This document shows positions 36,692 through 48,788 of a stretch of 51,557 bases of DNA, one piece after another. The stretch is from Halocafeteria seosinensis (taxonomy: Eukaryota). The stretch spans positions 1 to 51,557 of the forward strand of contig LVLI01000550.1 of the NCBI GenBank assembly GCA_001687465.1. The letters are read 5' to 3'. Below the pieces are notes generated by a model. That model made no database searches and was not told where the DNA came from. It saw only the letters and a program-made list of their open reading frames with translations. Positions within the stretch are counted from its first letter, which is position 1, and each line of letters begins with the position of its first letter. The translations under genes and the position numbers were made by a program.

Positions 36692-39600
36692 TTACTGTTG
36701 GTTTTCTATCTTCTTTCGGCCGGGCGGTCCTCTTCGTACGTTCCGATCGGATTGCGGACGCACACGTGGCTTTGCTTGAGGGGTGGACACTTTTCGCCCC
36801 GCAGGCGCCTGTGAGGGGTTGAAGAACATGGGGGGCGTGGGATTTGCTTGACCCGTCGTCGTGTTTGTGTGGGGTGTGTCATCATTAGCGGCATCAAGGC
36901 CTGCGCCCTCAACAACGGCAGCGTCGCCACCGGACGTTTTCGTAGGGTCACTGTGAGATCCTTGATTCTGATTATCTGAAATTGAAGAATCGAAGTTGGC
37001 AGTTTGGTTATCAGGAAAAGCATAATCTCCAGACGCTAGGGTATGATGAACATAAGATTCCTGCGTAGGAACACCTGGGCCGGACTGATTTGAAGTAGCT
37101 GAATCATCCCCGGCAAATTCTTCGTTGTGTGCAAGTTGCTCCGGATTTGTGTTTGCAGAATGGAAGGGCTGTTCGTCTTCGCCTGGCCACTGAGCTTGAA
37201 ATGACTGGTCAGTTGGCTGGTAAACAGACTCACCTCTCATATCTCCCATGTCAGCACCGCTCGGGTTTTGATACACTTGCTCATTCTCTCTTTTCGCCTC
37301 GGCTGGATAAGACAAAGCTGCATTGGGCAACTCTCCTGAATCATATTCTTGGGCCAAACCTTCAGATACAGTTTGCATGCCTGCTTGCGAATGACGCACG
37401 TTCGGTACGACACCATTACGGTCAATATCATAATTGAAGGCAGGTGCGCCGCCAGTATCAGGATGAGAAACCGGATATTGATTTATTCCATGCACCGAAT
37501 CCGATGGGACTTGCTCCGCGGCTGGTGGCACATTGTCGGGGGAAAAGTGCGGGAAAACCTCCCCATTTTGTGCATTGTTGAGAGCCGAAGGTACTTCGCT
37601 GGGATATTCCAGCGACGACTCTTTGTATTGTCCCTTCACGGGATATTGTAGATTTGGAGGGCTTGCATGTGAAAAACCTGAGGCTACTTCAGGGGAACCG
37701 TGCACGGCGGAATCTCCAACGTAGCCAAGAGCACTGGTTGGCTCAGGAATAGGTCCAAAGCCCCTAGGCAACATAGATAACGACGGGTAGTTCGGCCCAT
37801 TTGCTTGTTCAGAACCACTTCGCTGGTGTGAAGCTGTAGACTGGCTCTTTGACACCACTGTAAGCTTATACAGCAGTAGAGTGAAGTTCAATCCCGTCAA
37901 AACTAGGGGTATTGCACCGGAAACCTTTAACAAACCGAGTACGGGAAAACTCACGTGCAGCCCTGAACTAACAATAGCCCAAAGATATGCCTCACGGCTC
38001 ACTGGTGGTCACACCACTCACATGATACGTACCTGAAGGTTGGTGCTCCCAATACGAGATAATCACATGCATTTTGTACAGGAGGTTAGCCTGCTCGTGG
38101 TAGCCTTCCACGCCCATGAGAGCGGAAATTCCATTTGCTTGCACTTCCCTCAAATCTTGCAAGGCGGCTTGCACTCCAACATTGACCATGTATGCCTGTA
38201 TGTTGTTGGTTGCTATAATCAGGTTAAAATTCATCCACAACGAAACTCGACACTCACCTTATAAAAAGGCAGTAATGTAACAAAATTAAAGAGCCAGCCT
38301 ACAAGCCCACACATGAAAGAGTTGCTTGCGTAAGAAATAACGAAAACCAAAGCATTAAGAGCGAGCAATGACCCCAAATACTCTGGCCCCGACACATCGT
38401 CGACATTTCTCGACGAGCAAAATCGAACAACATAATTGAGAGACTGCCGAATCCTGCCTTTAATCTTCAACACGGATTGGCTTATGTTTGACCACTTTAT
38501 CGCCATAACCTTCTTCGAGAGCCTCCGAAGAGCAATCTCTATATCGCCATTTGCCAGGTTCGCCTCAGCGATTGGCAGGCTATCCCCATTCTGATTTGGC
38601 GTGGAGGTGTTTCGCTCCTCCGAACCAGACTTTAACGCAGTCATATTAGAGTGCCTTTCTTTAATATGTCGAATACGAGCAAGAATGTCATCTCTTTGAT
38701 CTAGGATGGGCGATGTTTCCTCATCATTGCGACAGTCATAAGTGTGTATGGAAGATCCGTTGCCAAGGCGTTTCATCCCGCATAGGCGACGCCCACTAAT
38801 ATCAAGGGCTTCAGGTAAGGGTGAAGATTCACTTACACCGTCTTGCCACTCGCATACGGCTCCCTCCTCCGATAGGAAAGGATTCAAGACACTTAGGGGC
38901 TTCAATGAGAAGCCTTCATCCACGGGCGGGGCGTCACTCGAACTTGTAGAAGCATTGGTAAATGTTGTATCGCCCAGAGGCCTTCCCTGGGAAATTTTGG
39001 CACCAACAGGTATTCCCACGCGATCTTTATCGAAGCCATTCTTCACAGCAGCATCTACATCATGTAAGTATGTGGCCGTCTTTGCTTCCGCTGTATGCTC
39101 AAGTCGGTCGGCCGTGTCGGTTGCATTGTCGGTAACGGAGGAGATCGCTGCTTCGTCGGAACCTGCGTCTGATAGTCCTTGAAGAGTGGCCGCAAAGTTG
39201 GGATCTTTTGAAATAGAGCTATCCTCTCCACCCTCTTTGGGTAAGAGATCGGTATTCAACATGTTCCTCTGTGCGCTCAGATTAGCCGACACTAAGTCAT
39301 CCTTCTCCACGTTTGTGAGATCTGTTCTGGATAAGAGATCGGCATTCGACATGTTCTGCTGCCCGCTCAGATTAGCAGAGACTAAGTCATCCCTTTCCAC
39401 GTTTGTGAGATCTGGTCGATTAAGATCCTCATTAACAGATCTGTTGTTTCCCATTCTGTCGTCCAAGACTTCTTCAGGATATGTATGATCTGCTCTGCTG
39501 GAGACTTCCCCTGTGTCTTCCTGTCCTAGGCTACTAACGTCCTCGTGGCTATCTGAATCTGTGGTGGTCTTGTTGTCTGTAGCGCTTCTCCCTTGCAAGC

Positions 39601-40387
39601 TGTAATCATCAGTGTCGTCTGTCGAGCTATTGTGTTCGGAGGTGATGGAGACATTCAGTAAGGAATCAGTGTCCCCTCCTACGACTTCGTGGTCTCTCGT
39701 AGCCGCCAGTTCGACTTGTTCCAAGGAGCCTTTCAGAGACTCTGTGACGGTGGACGTCAGGTTACTGTAACTTAAGGGGTCATTTGCACCTGTGCTTTTC
39801 TCTGTATCCGCGTTACTACGACCAGAAAGTTCTTGCGGTTTGTTGTCACACTTGCAACACTCGCGCCATCGACTTTGCTTCCGGGGAACCTCCGATACAA
39901 GAGATTTAGAATCTTGACGTATTTTTCTCTGCTTCAGCATAAACAAATTAATAGGGATTCATATTGGTCAGGCAAGAACCAGTTCCTTCAAGAAAACAGT
40001 ATCATAGCTTACTTGTAGCTCTTGAAATCCTTCGTGCCATCGCACCACTGATTCCTCTATCCACCGGTAGTCCAGTTGGCCGGAGGCCGAATGGTTTCCT
40101 GACGATCCACTTTCTTCGTAGAACGACTCCACTGGAATTGCGTATTCTTGTCTGAAAACATCCACCTCCTTGGAAAGGAGCAATAATTTGGACAGTAATA
40201 GCGCTGCAAGGGTTCAAAAACAAATTGTCAAGAGCTCCCTTCTGCGTGGTTGTGTCCAACATCACGTACAATATGGTCCCATCAATACCGGCGTAGAAAG
40301 AGTCAGAGCCAGTAGAAAGCATGCTGAAAGACATGATGATATTTTACCGGAACTTTGAGACTTGTCATGCTTTCTACGGTGCTCCAT
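36692..40387 (-). CDS. Hypothetical membrane protein with N-terminal signal/anchor, acidic low-complexity region, several TM helices and a Pro/Gln-rich tail; about 5 exons
   Basis: In-frame splicing gives MEHRRK...CLSACFLLALTLSTPVLMGPY|SLLLSK...FQELQ|RKIRQ...LLALNALVFVISY...WLFNFVTLLPFYK|AYMVN...|...YLWAIVSSGLHVSFPVLGLL...LVLTGLNFTLLLY. No family recognised. Confidence 0.65.
39242..39414. repeat. Intragenic tandem duplication, 90-nt unit x2 (30 aa)
   Basis: DLTNVERDDLVSANLSGQQNMSNADLL / DLTNVEKDDLVSANLSAQRNMLNTDLL; taagagatcgg recurs at 39242 and 39332. Confidence 0.9.
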
Positions 40388-40655
40388 CTTCGCCGATCTT
40401 GTACACCGTGTTACACCAACCCTAACGTTGATACTTGCGTCGCCCGAAGGAATACCGCATTGGCGAATCAGTAGGAAGCTATTGTGTATATTACAATTAA
40501 TTAAAACAACTATGGCAGTCGCTGAGTCGAAGAAAAAACAAGGGGAGAAAATCGAGCTCGGATCGTAAGCCAACAAAAGATTGTCCCCTTGTTTGTTGAG
40601 GACCAACTTGAGGTATTCGACCGGTGAGCCTCAGGGCCTGAGCAAGTTGCCGAAC

Positions 40656-42377
40656 TTACTCCCGTGAGTGGGCTTCTGCGGCTTCCGAGAAAGAAGCTAC
40701 ATACCCACTGGTCCCTGTTGAAGTATGTTCACCACTAGTTTCTAATGAGCCGGAGGATGATCCATCAAACTGTTGCCGTACTTCCTGCTTAATTCTTTCT
40801 AACTCCTCATCATCATCTTCGTACATAACGTTTTCATAGGAATACATATCCTCCCCTTCCAAACGCTCATGCTCACTGGCGTTAGTAACTTTTTGCTCCT
40901 CCTCTTGAATGCCCTCATTTAACTGGTCTTCCTCGTCTTCTTCACTATATTCGGATGCATCAGCTTCATCCTCTTCATCGTTGCCACTTCGCTCGCCAAC
41001 CGACTCCTCATCTGAATATTCGTTTTCCTCCTCCTCCCTTATTTGGTCGTCATCGTCATATTCGGCTTGGTGATTATCCGCATACCTTTGAATTTCCACC
41101 TCCTCTGTCTCATCAGGTTGCCACGAACCGATGGGTTCCTCGATATCCACTTCAGCCAACTTTCTTGGGTGGGGGGGTCTTGGTGGCCTCGTGTGATGCG
41201 GAGTCTTATCAGTCATGGGGAGGACTAATCGTCGATGTCCCGAAGCAATACCTTGTTGCGAACTATTCGATGCTTCGGCATCTGTAGCAACAGGTGCACT
41301 GCGCTCAGGCTCCTGTAATTCACGACTGGGGAGTGGTCTTCCTGTCAATTGTGCTATGAAATGCTTATGCGAGAGGCACATGTTATCAAGATGCTCCATG
41401 ATTCTCTTCTGTCTTTCATTCTTTTGCCGCAGCATACGGTTTTCTCCTTGGCATTTGATTAGACCCTGCTTTAGTCGGTCAATTTGCTGTAGATAATCGT
41501 TTTCAAACGGATTTTGGCTCACGGGCACGGTCTGCATTGCTTCCTGTTGTTCCGTTTTCTGTTTTTCCCGTTCAGAAGCCTTCTGCCTAGAGTCCTGAGC
41601 CAATTCATGTACCGTCTTCAATAAATCTTGCCGCTCGTTTTGAAGTGAGTGGCATTTTCTCTCGTTATCCTCCAGCTTTTGACGGAGTTCTTTGACGAGA
41701 GACTTGTAGTCGTCCTGTGCACGAGCCCAATCACTAACATGCTGGAGGTAACACCGGGATTCTGAGCAACAACCATACCTTTTGCTTTTGTACCTTACTG
41801 TATGCTTCGTGTTGTTGTTTTATCGTTTCTCGCTGGGATCCTGTCACTTCCACAAGTTCTTGAATTACACTCCGTGAATGCTGGAGATCCTGATGGCAGA
41901 GTCGTGCCGCCTGGAAATTCAATCGTAGCGTCGACCTCAGCTTGCATTAATTCAGACTGTATAGAAAAGACATACCTTGGCAAGCTCTTGTATTTGGTAT
42001 AACGCTGAGTGCAACACGGCTGGTACACTACCCAATGCCGACACTGCGGAAGGCACGTTCGTAATTTGTTGCTGCTGTGGCTTGGAACTCTCTTGTTCAC
42101 GACTCTTTCTACTTCGAGGATGACCACTCGTAGTAGTTTCCTCACTATGGCTCCGCGTCGATGTTGCACGCGAAGAGTGGGATTTCTGTAGGAATCTTAA
42201 AGCATGTTGTGTAGTGACAATGGCTAAATTGACGAGCTCCACGGCTTTCGGTTGATCAGGGAACCAATACTGCTCTTCTTCCCCATTAGAGTGATGTTTT
42301 TGTTCTTCCGTGGCCTCTCCTTCATGGTGCGAAGAGTACTGTTGCGATTGTGCTCCTTGCATTGGTCTGTGACGCAT
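40656..42377 (-). CDS. Hypothetical coiled-coil protein with a very acidic C-terminal region; about 3 exons
   Basis: Adjacent ORFs join through GTATGT/GTATGG introns. Heptad segments (LVKELRQKLEDNERKCHSLQNERQDL, YLQQIDRLKQGLIKCQGENRMLRQKN) are followed by D/E tracts. The start codon is uncertain. Confidence 0.65.
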
Positions 42378-42588
42378 GTGCTTGTTTGTAAAATCACAAA
42401 TAATCCCGTCAACGTTGTCGACTTTATTTGAATTTGGGCCGCCGTTGAGTGCTTCACAGGCGCTTGGGTAAGCCAAGCTGCTCAAGCACTAAGCTATTCG
42501 GTTGTAGGTAGAGATTGAAAACTTCATGTAGCTTAGATAGGAACAAATAATCATGTAGTACACAAATGTATTGTTGGAGGATAGCAAG

Positions 42589-43600
42589 ATGACTGCAACT
42601 GGTCCGAGGGAAGCCGTGCCTGCAGTGGAACTACCATCCGAAGTTGCGAACGCTGAAGTAGGGGATGAGCAGTGTCAGCTGCTAATCGTGAGACATGGAG
42701 AAACGGTAAGGTACTAGAGCTGCATTCTGTGGTTTTCTCGCCGAAACTCACTAAACATTGTGTTTGACCTCATGGCATGCCAGGATTGGAATGTTAAGCA
42801 TATTCTCCAAGGCCAAGAGGATGTCCCGCTGAATGATACAGGCAGAGAGCAATCCCGAAGATGTGGAAAATACCTCAAAGAGAAAATTCGCGCTACTAAG
42901 GATGTACAGATAGTTACGTCAGACCTGAGTCGCGCTTACGAGACAGCACGGCTGATAGCAGAGGAGGCGGGTATTCCGGCAGTAAACATACTAAAAGACC
43001 CTGGATTTCGGGAACACGATTTTGGTATCGTCGCTGGGCACACTTGGCGGGAGGTAAGCCATATCGCTCCGTCACATGAAATGACTCTGAAAAGCTGAGT
43101 GGGGGGCGTTTGGAGTGCAGGCTCATGAAAAATACGATAATCACATCAAGAGATGGAGCGGTGACGCAGATTACCCACTTCCTGAAGGCGAATCTATAAA
43201 TCACCGTGTTGCTCGGGTTTGGGATGCTGTATTCAGGACAATACAAAGCAATCTTGGTAATCGGGTGGTTGTAGTTGCTCATGGGGCTGTTATCAAGGAT
43301 ATCTTCAAACTAGCATATGCCCACAAACATGTTCCGAGGTCAAACTTGCGGGCGACCAACTGCAGTATTTCGGCTCTGCGCTGCCGTTCTCTGCGCGAAA
43401 GTTCCAGAACTATTGGTTACTCTGAGTTGCTGAACGACCCTGTCTCAGAGAATGAGTCTTTTCTGCAAGAAACAAGTCCAAAGTACGAATGGAGCATCTT
43501 AGTGTTAGGTGTAGTTTCTCATTTAATTCAAGACGATGGAACAACCATTCTGTCGTCTACTCGTAACTTGCTTCCAGCAGACGACGCGAAGCAAGGATAG
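42589..43600 (+). CDS. Histidine phosphatase superfamily protein (phosphoglycerate mutase-like; GpmB/TIGAR type); 3 exons
   Basis: LLIVRHGET|DWNVKHILQGQEDVPLNDTGREQ, TSDLSRAYETA, FREHDFG, EGES, VVVVAHGAVI and NCSIS. The catalytic RHG lies in an exon missing from the ORF track. Confidence 0.92.
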
Positions 43601-43700
43601 TTAAGACGAACCTGATTTGGCCTCTCACTAAATATTATAGGCACCGGAGGTTGCAACAATACGGTGTTGCTGGTAGCCGACACTGAACCAACTGATTGCA

Positions 43701-45017
43701 TTACTGTGTATATTTAGTTTGGTTGCAGTCCTGCAACAGTTCAGTAGCCTCCTCGATTAGCTCCAGCAACTTCTCCACAAATGGAATGTGATCACTCTTC
43801 AGCATTGCCGCAGTGCCACCACCTGTACGCAACACAGGCACCATTCCTGGCTTCGTGGAGCAAGTCCGAAGAATACGACGGCATTCTTCACTTGTACTTG
43901 ATCGTTGTTTTTCTTCATTTTGTTGTTCATCCTCTGATTCTACAGGAGCTGTCGGTGTCTCAGCGCAAGGACGAGGTCCACACGCCGACGATTCAGCCAA
44001 CTGAGCGAACGTGCAAGTAGGGGCACGTATTGTCAAACCCGCTGGCTTTGGCGGCATGGGACAATCTGCCGAGTCCGAGCACTCGGATTCATTTGCAGAA
44101 TCTGCCTGAGGATCGCTCGAACATGCACTGCTACTGCTGCTGTCTGAATCACTTCTCTGAGGCAAATCTGTTTGCTCGTTTTGCGCACACTGATTATACT
44201 TGCGATTGTCATTATCGCTTCGTGTGCAACGGCAATCTTCTGAGGGATCCCACCGTTCCATGAACGTGATGGCACTGCTCCTTTCTTGATTCTCCGCCAT
44301 CGGAGGGGCCGAAGGGGCACTTGGGTCACTGTCCCACAGCTCACGTAACCTGTTCTCTACATCACGAGCCTCAGTAAGACGTGAATAGAGTTCTTCCGTC
44401 AGTCTCTGAATTCCCGTCAAAACATGAAGCTTCCACCCTACATGCTGACAAACATCCCTGGCATCCTTAATATCCATTTTGGTACAATACCTCCAAACCA
44501 AAGCATCATATGCCCATGATACCTGAAAGGAAGTAGCCGATGAATTATTCTATTTTAGGTAGTCTTGCTCTTAGAGAACTTAACTACATACCTCGTCTAG
44601 GCCGTCGTGATTCTTCGTAGCAGCAGAGAAGCGTACTCTGCCTTTTTGACACCGTTTCCTCGATTGTTTCAACGCTGGCTTTGCAGGATTCCGCTGCTTG
44701 TTCGTGGACAGCTTGGAGAAGTCACTTCGAACCCTTTTCTGCTGGTCATTATTGCGTCTGAATTTCCTGTTCAACGATAACGAAGGGTACATTTTCGCAT
44801 CGTCAGAGCGAGACATCATATTGTATAGGATCTCCTGGTCCTCACGATTCTTTATCCCATCTTCCGCCGTCGAATCCACATTAGTTTGTTCATCACAATG
44901 CAGCATGCTTAGTTTTAACAGGGCTTGGCGAACACCAGCGTCGTCGGCTTCCACGCTGGCATCGCCATCTCGCTGCTGGTGATCATCGTATGGAATAGGT
45001 GACTGTGAGGAGGGCAT
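43701..45017 (-). CDS. Hypothetical protein; 2 exons
   Basis: ORFs 44580-45017 and 43701-44501 join via GAG|GTATGT...TTTCAG| (…KNHDGLDE|VSWAYDALVWRYC…). No family recognised. Confidence 0.65.
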
Positions 45018-46646
45018 ATTATAACAACACCCTACTGAACAGGTTTTCGTTTCGAAGAACGTCTAAATGCGTTAAAATTAGCATGTGGGTCCAATGAGAG
45101 AGACACCCAACTCAGCGCCCGAGGGCAAATTACAAAAAATATATAAAGGGGAGAGCGAGGGGAAGAGGGAAAGGGCGGCGAAAGATATTCCAGGCTAACG
45201 TCGGTAAAGCACCACGAACACTAGCTAGTCCAAAGGCCTGATTCGCAAGCCGAGCGTTGCAATAGAGATAATACAGCGCAAAGATAACACATTCATCCGT
45301 CCCATAACAATCCACTCTTCACCGTATCGCTGCTTTTATCTCGGTATTCGCCGGCTTCTTTACGGTTCAAACAACATGTTGAAGCGGAGACGCCGACTTC
45401 AACATGGTCATGTCCGAGGCGAGAATACCACTTTCCGCGCGCTGAATGGCACGCACCCACTCTGGACCTCGATAATGCACCACCTCAGGATCCTGACGGG
45501 ACACACAGACACAATTACGAATTGATACCTCGTTGATGGAGAAGAAATGCCTGTTGGAGGGGATAGAGAAGTAGTTCGTGTGCGCGAAATCGCCACCAAG
45601 AACAGCCGCCCATGAACCCGCAACACGTTCACGGCGAACTTCACGCCTACACTTCCCGCAACGGGGTTCAATCAACGTGGTACAACGGCACTGTTTCTTA
45701 CTGAAATTCTCATGTTTCGCCTGGAACCAACAAACAACAGAGTGTTTGTATTGGCTCGCTCTTTCATGCGCGTTCCAGTGACGAACGGAGCAACCGGCAG
45801 TACGGAATCGTACTCCCTCAGCGAATTTCAATGGATTCAGGCATGTAGTTCCGGAGCAAGTCTCGAGGGAACGTCTGGATTCCGGAATGGGGCAGTGCGC
45901 TGACCAAGTGAGTCGATCGAGGAATTGCATGGCTACGAAAGTATAGAGCACTTGTGCCCGATTCACGAGTTGTTGACGTGGACACAGCTGACTCCTGACT
46001 CCTGTAACGCCATAGATTCAAATTGATCATCCAATAAATGCGGTGCTCAATACTGTGGGGAGGAACTGTATCTTGTTAATTGATTCTTTATTCGATGCCT
46101 TCTGTATGTCAGTTCATACCCAATTACCCAGCCGAGTCAATGGTTCTACCAAACCTCGCCGTGGTTGGACACAAGAACGAAGACTTCGTTCACGCTGTTC
46201 CAGCTAATTTCCTAAATAAATAGGGAGTCCCAATGGTTAAGCTTTTTTGCTCGCCACCATAATGTAGCCCGATTGGGTCTGGGAATCTCACTTTTTTGGG
46301 GTCAGTGCGTCACCACACTGTATGTATGTAGCCAGCCTGCCAGCCACCACAGAAAAACAAAATCCAAAGTACCGATGAAAAATTGTTTTCTCCATGGAAG
46401 TTCCAATTTTTTTTCTCAGTCTACTTGATTCGACATTTTTTTTATTACTTTTTTCTTTTCTTCTTGGCTCAGCTTGGCTCAGCAAGTTGGCTGTTGGTTC
46501 TAGCGACTTCTCTTGCCCTCACAGTTAGCATTCCAAAACGAGTTGTTCGGATTAGTCTACATTTATTGCTCAAGACCTTTTTGTTCGTTTCGTTAAGGTC
46601 TGTTTGGCTTGTTCAGTAGTCTTAATTCATCTTCTTCCTCTAAAAA

Positions 46647-48704
46647 ATGTCAAGCGAGGAGACTTCCACCACTGGAGCCGCGACGGCCGTGGCTGATGCC
46701 GGCGCCTCTGCCACCTCTACACCGGCACTGTTTGGTTCCAAGTTAAGTGCAAATGCACCCGCATTTAGTTGGGGTGATGCTACCACTAATGGGGACGATG
46801 AGGATGCTGAAGCAGCTCCTGACACGGAGGGAAACGAGACACTAGGTCGTAAGTCGCGGAAACCGGAGTATGCTTTTTTTTCCATTACCACCGAACAAGA
46901 TGATACAACGCTCTTCGCAGGCCATCGAGAAGAACTTGATCCGAATCAGGAGGAAGCCGAAGTAGTGGTTAAAGCTGAAAAAGTATGCTTCTGCTCCGAT
47001 GGAGTTGGTTGACGGCACGATACGTGAATAATCTCGTTTGAATGCAGAAGCCACCAGGGTTTGAAGAAGAGTTTACGAGTTCCAAGACATGGGAGTCGCT
47101 CAATATGTAGGCTTTGGTCTGGATGATTTTCACAGAAGTCCGTGTTTGAGTGGTATGGGCTTGGCATGCAGGTCTGAAAAGATAATTCAGGGTGTCTACA
47201 ACAAGGGTTGGGAGAAACCCAGCCGGATTCAAGCCGAGTCACTTCCTTATATTTTGAGCCCGTGAGTGCCTAGACCCAATTTTTGTAGTGCGAAGGGTAG
47301 CTCTTTTAAAGCGTGTTTCATTATTCAGTGAACGTCCAAATATTCGCGCACAAGCTAAGAATGGCAGCGGTAAAACAGGCTGCTTTGCCATTGGAATGCT
47401 CGAAGCTGTTGACCCGTCTAAAGACTGTGTTCAAGCTCTGAGCATGGCACCTACAAGAGAGCTCGCTAAGGAAACAGCAAAAGTGATACAGGAAATTGGA
47501 CAGTTTGCGGGAATCCGCGTGAGCTATGTTGTAGGGGGAACGCACTATGACAATAATATTACGGACCATGTCCTCGTAGCAACACCAGGAAAGTTGCTAA
47601 ACCTCTGCAAAAAGAGAATAATCAATTTGAAGACAGTGAAGGCCTTTGTCCTAGACGAAGCCGATGAATTTGTCGAGTCATTCTTGGGAAATATAACGGA
47701 AATCAAGCGATTTCTCCCGAAGGAAGTACAAGTGATGCTTTTCTCAGCCAGCTTTATGTGTCTTGACTCAGCTGACAAGAAAGCCGTACGTTTTCCGTAT
47801 ACTCGAAGGTCATCTTATTTACACTACCCGCCATTCTGTTTGCAGAAAAAATTTGCGGATAAGTTGTTGCGCGCTGAGGTCAAGCAACCCGTGGTGATTG
47901 AGGTCAAGAGCGACGAGGAGCTGAAACTCAAACATCTCACACAATTTCGTAAAGAAATATCGTCTCAAGGTGCTGATGAGTACACGGCTAAACTCAATTA
48001 TTTGCGGCAGTTGTTCCCTCAATTGGTTAGAATTGGCAAAACTATTATCTTTACGAACTATCGGAAGCGCGTTAGTTCAATTGTGAAGACTCTAGGCGAT
48101 GAAGGCTTTGCTGTAGGAGGTTCGTTCGCCGTTTGCGCTTTAAGGAAGGAACGGTTGTGTATAATGGTTGGTGTGTTGAACTGAATGTACAGGGATTGAC
48201 AGCAGCATGGAGCCCGCTAAAAGGGACGAAACGTTTAACGATTTTATGGCCGGCAGATCGAATGTAAGCAAGAGTGTATGGTATATTGTCGCTGTACCTG
48301 CTGGACGCTTTACCCGCTGTGAATGCAGAAACTTGTCTGCACTGATATGATGTCTAAGGGTATAGATGTACCCGGACTCATGCTTGTTATTAATTTTGAT
48401 GTGCCCTATGCGAAAGCAGATGTCAACGGGGTTGCTCGGCCGGTGAGTGTTTTTGTACTGGCGGTGGAGAATTGTGCTTCCAATTCATACCAGGAGTTTG
48501 GTGCAGAATACCGAAAGTTTCTTGCACAGATGTGGAAGAGTGGCGCGGAAAGGCACCACTGGCGGTGCTATAACCCTCCTATACGGAAGCAATGACGAGC
48601 AATCATACAACCAGCTCTGTAGTCGCTTCAATTATGTTCCCATTGAATTGCCTGATGACCTGGACGAGGTAGTCGAACTCATCGAGGAACGGCTTTCGTA
48701 TTAG
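46647..48704 (+). CDS. DBP5: DEAD-box RNA helicase, DBP5/DDX19-like; multi-exon
   Basis: Q motif TWESLNI...GVYNKGWEKPSRIQAESLPYIL, then AQAKNGSGKT, APTRELA, ATPGKL, FVLDEADE, MLFSASF, TIIFTN, LVCTDMMSKGIDVP, VINFDVP and FLHRCGRVARKG. The KPSxIQ/IxAQA pattern favours DBP5 over eIF4A or DDX6. Confidence 0.8.
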
Positions 48705-48788
48705 TGATTTATGCCTAAACCTGCTACAAACGGAAGCATTCTCTAACTTTGAATAAATACACTATGTTGTCATGAACGGACGCGCAAT

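Noticed and set aside
45367..46030. 199-aa and overlapping minus-strand ORFs
   Set aside because: Non-ATG start, Cys/Arg-rich random-like composition and no motif. It could be UTR or non-coding sequence; a gene cannot be supported.
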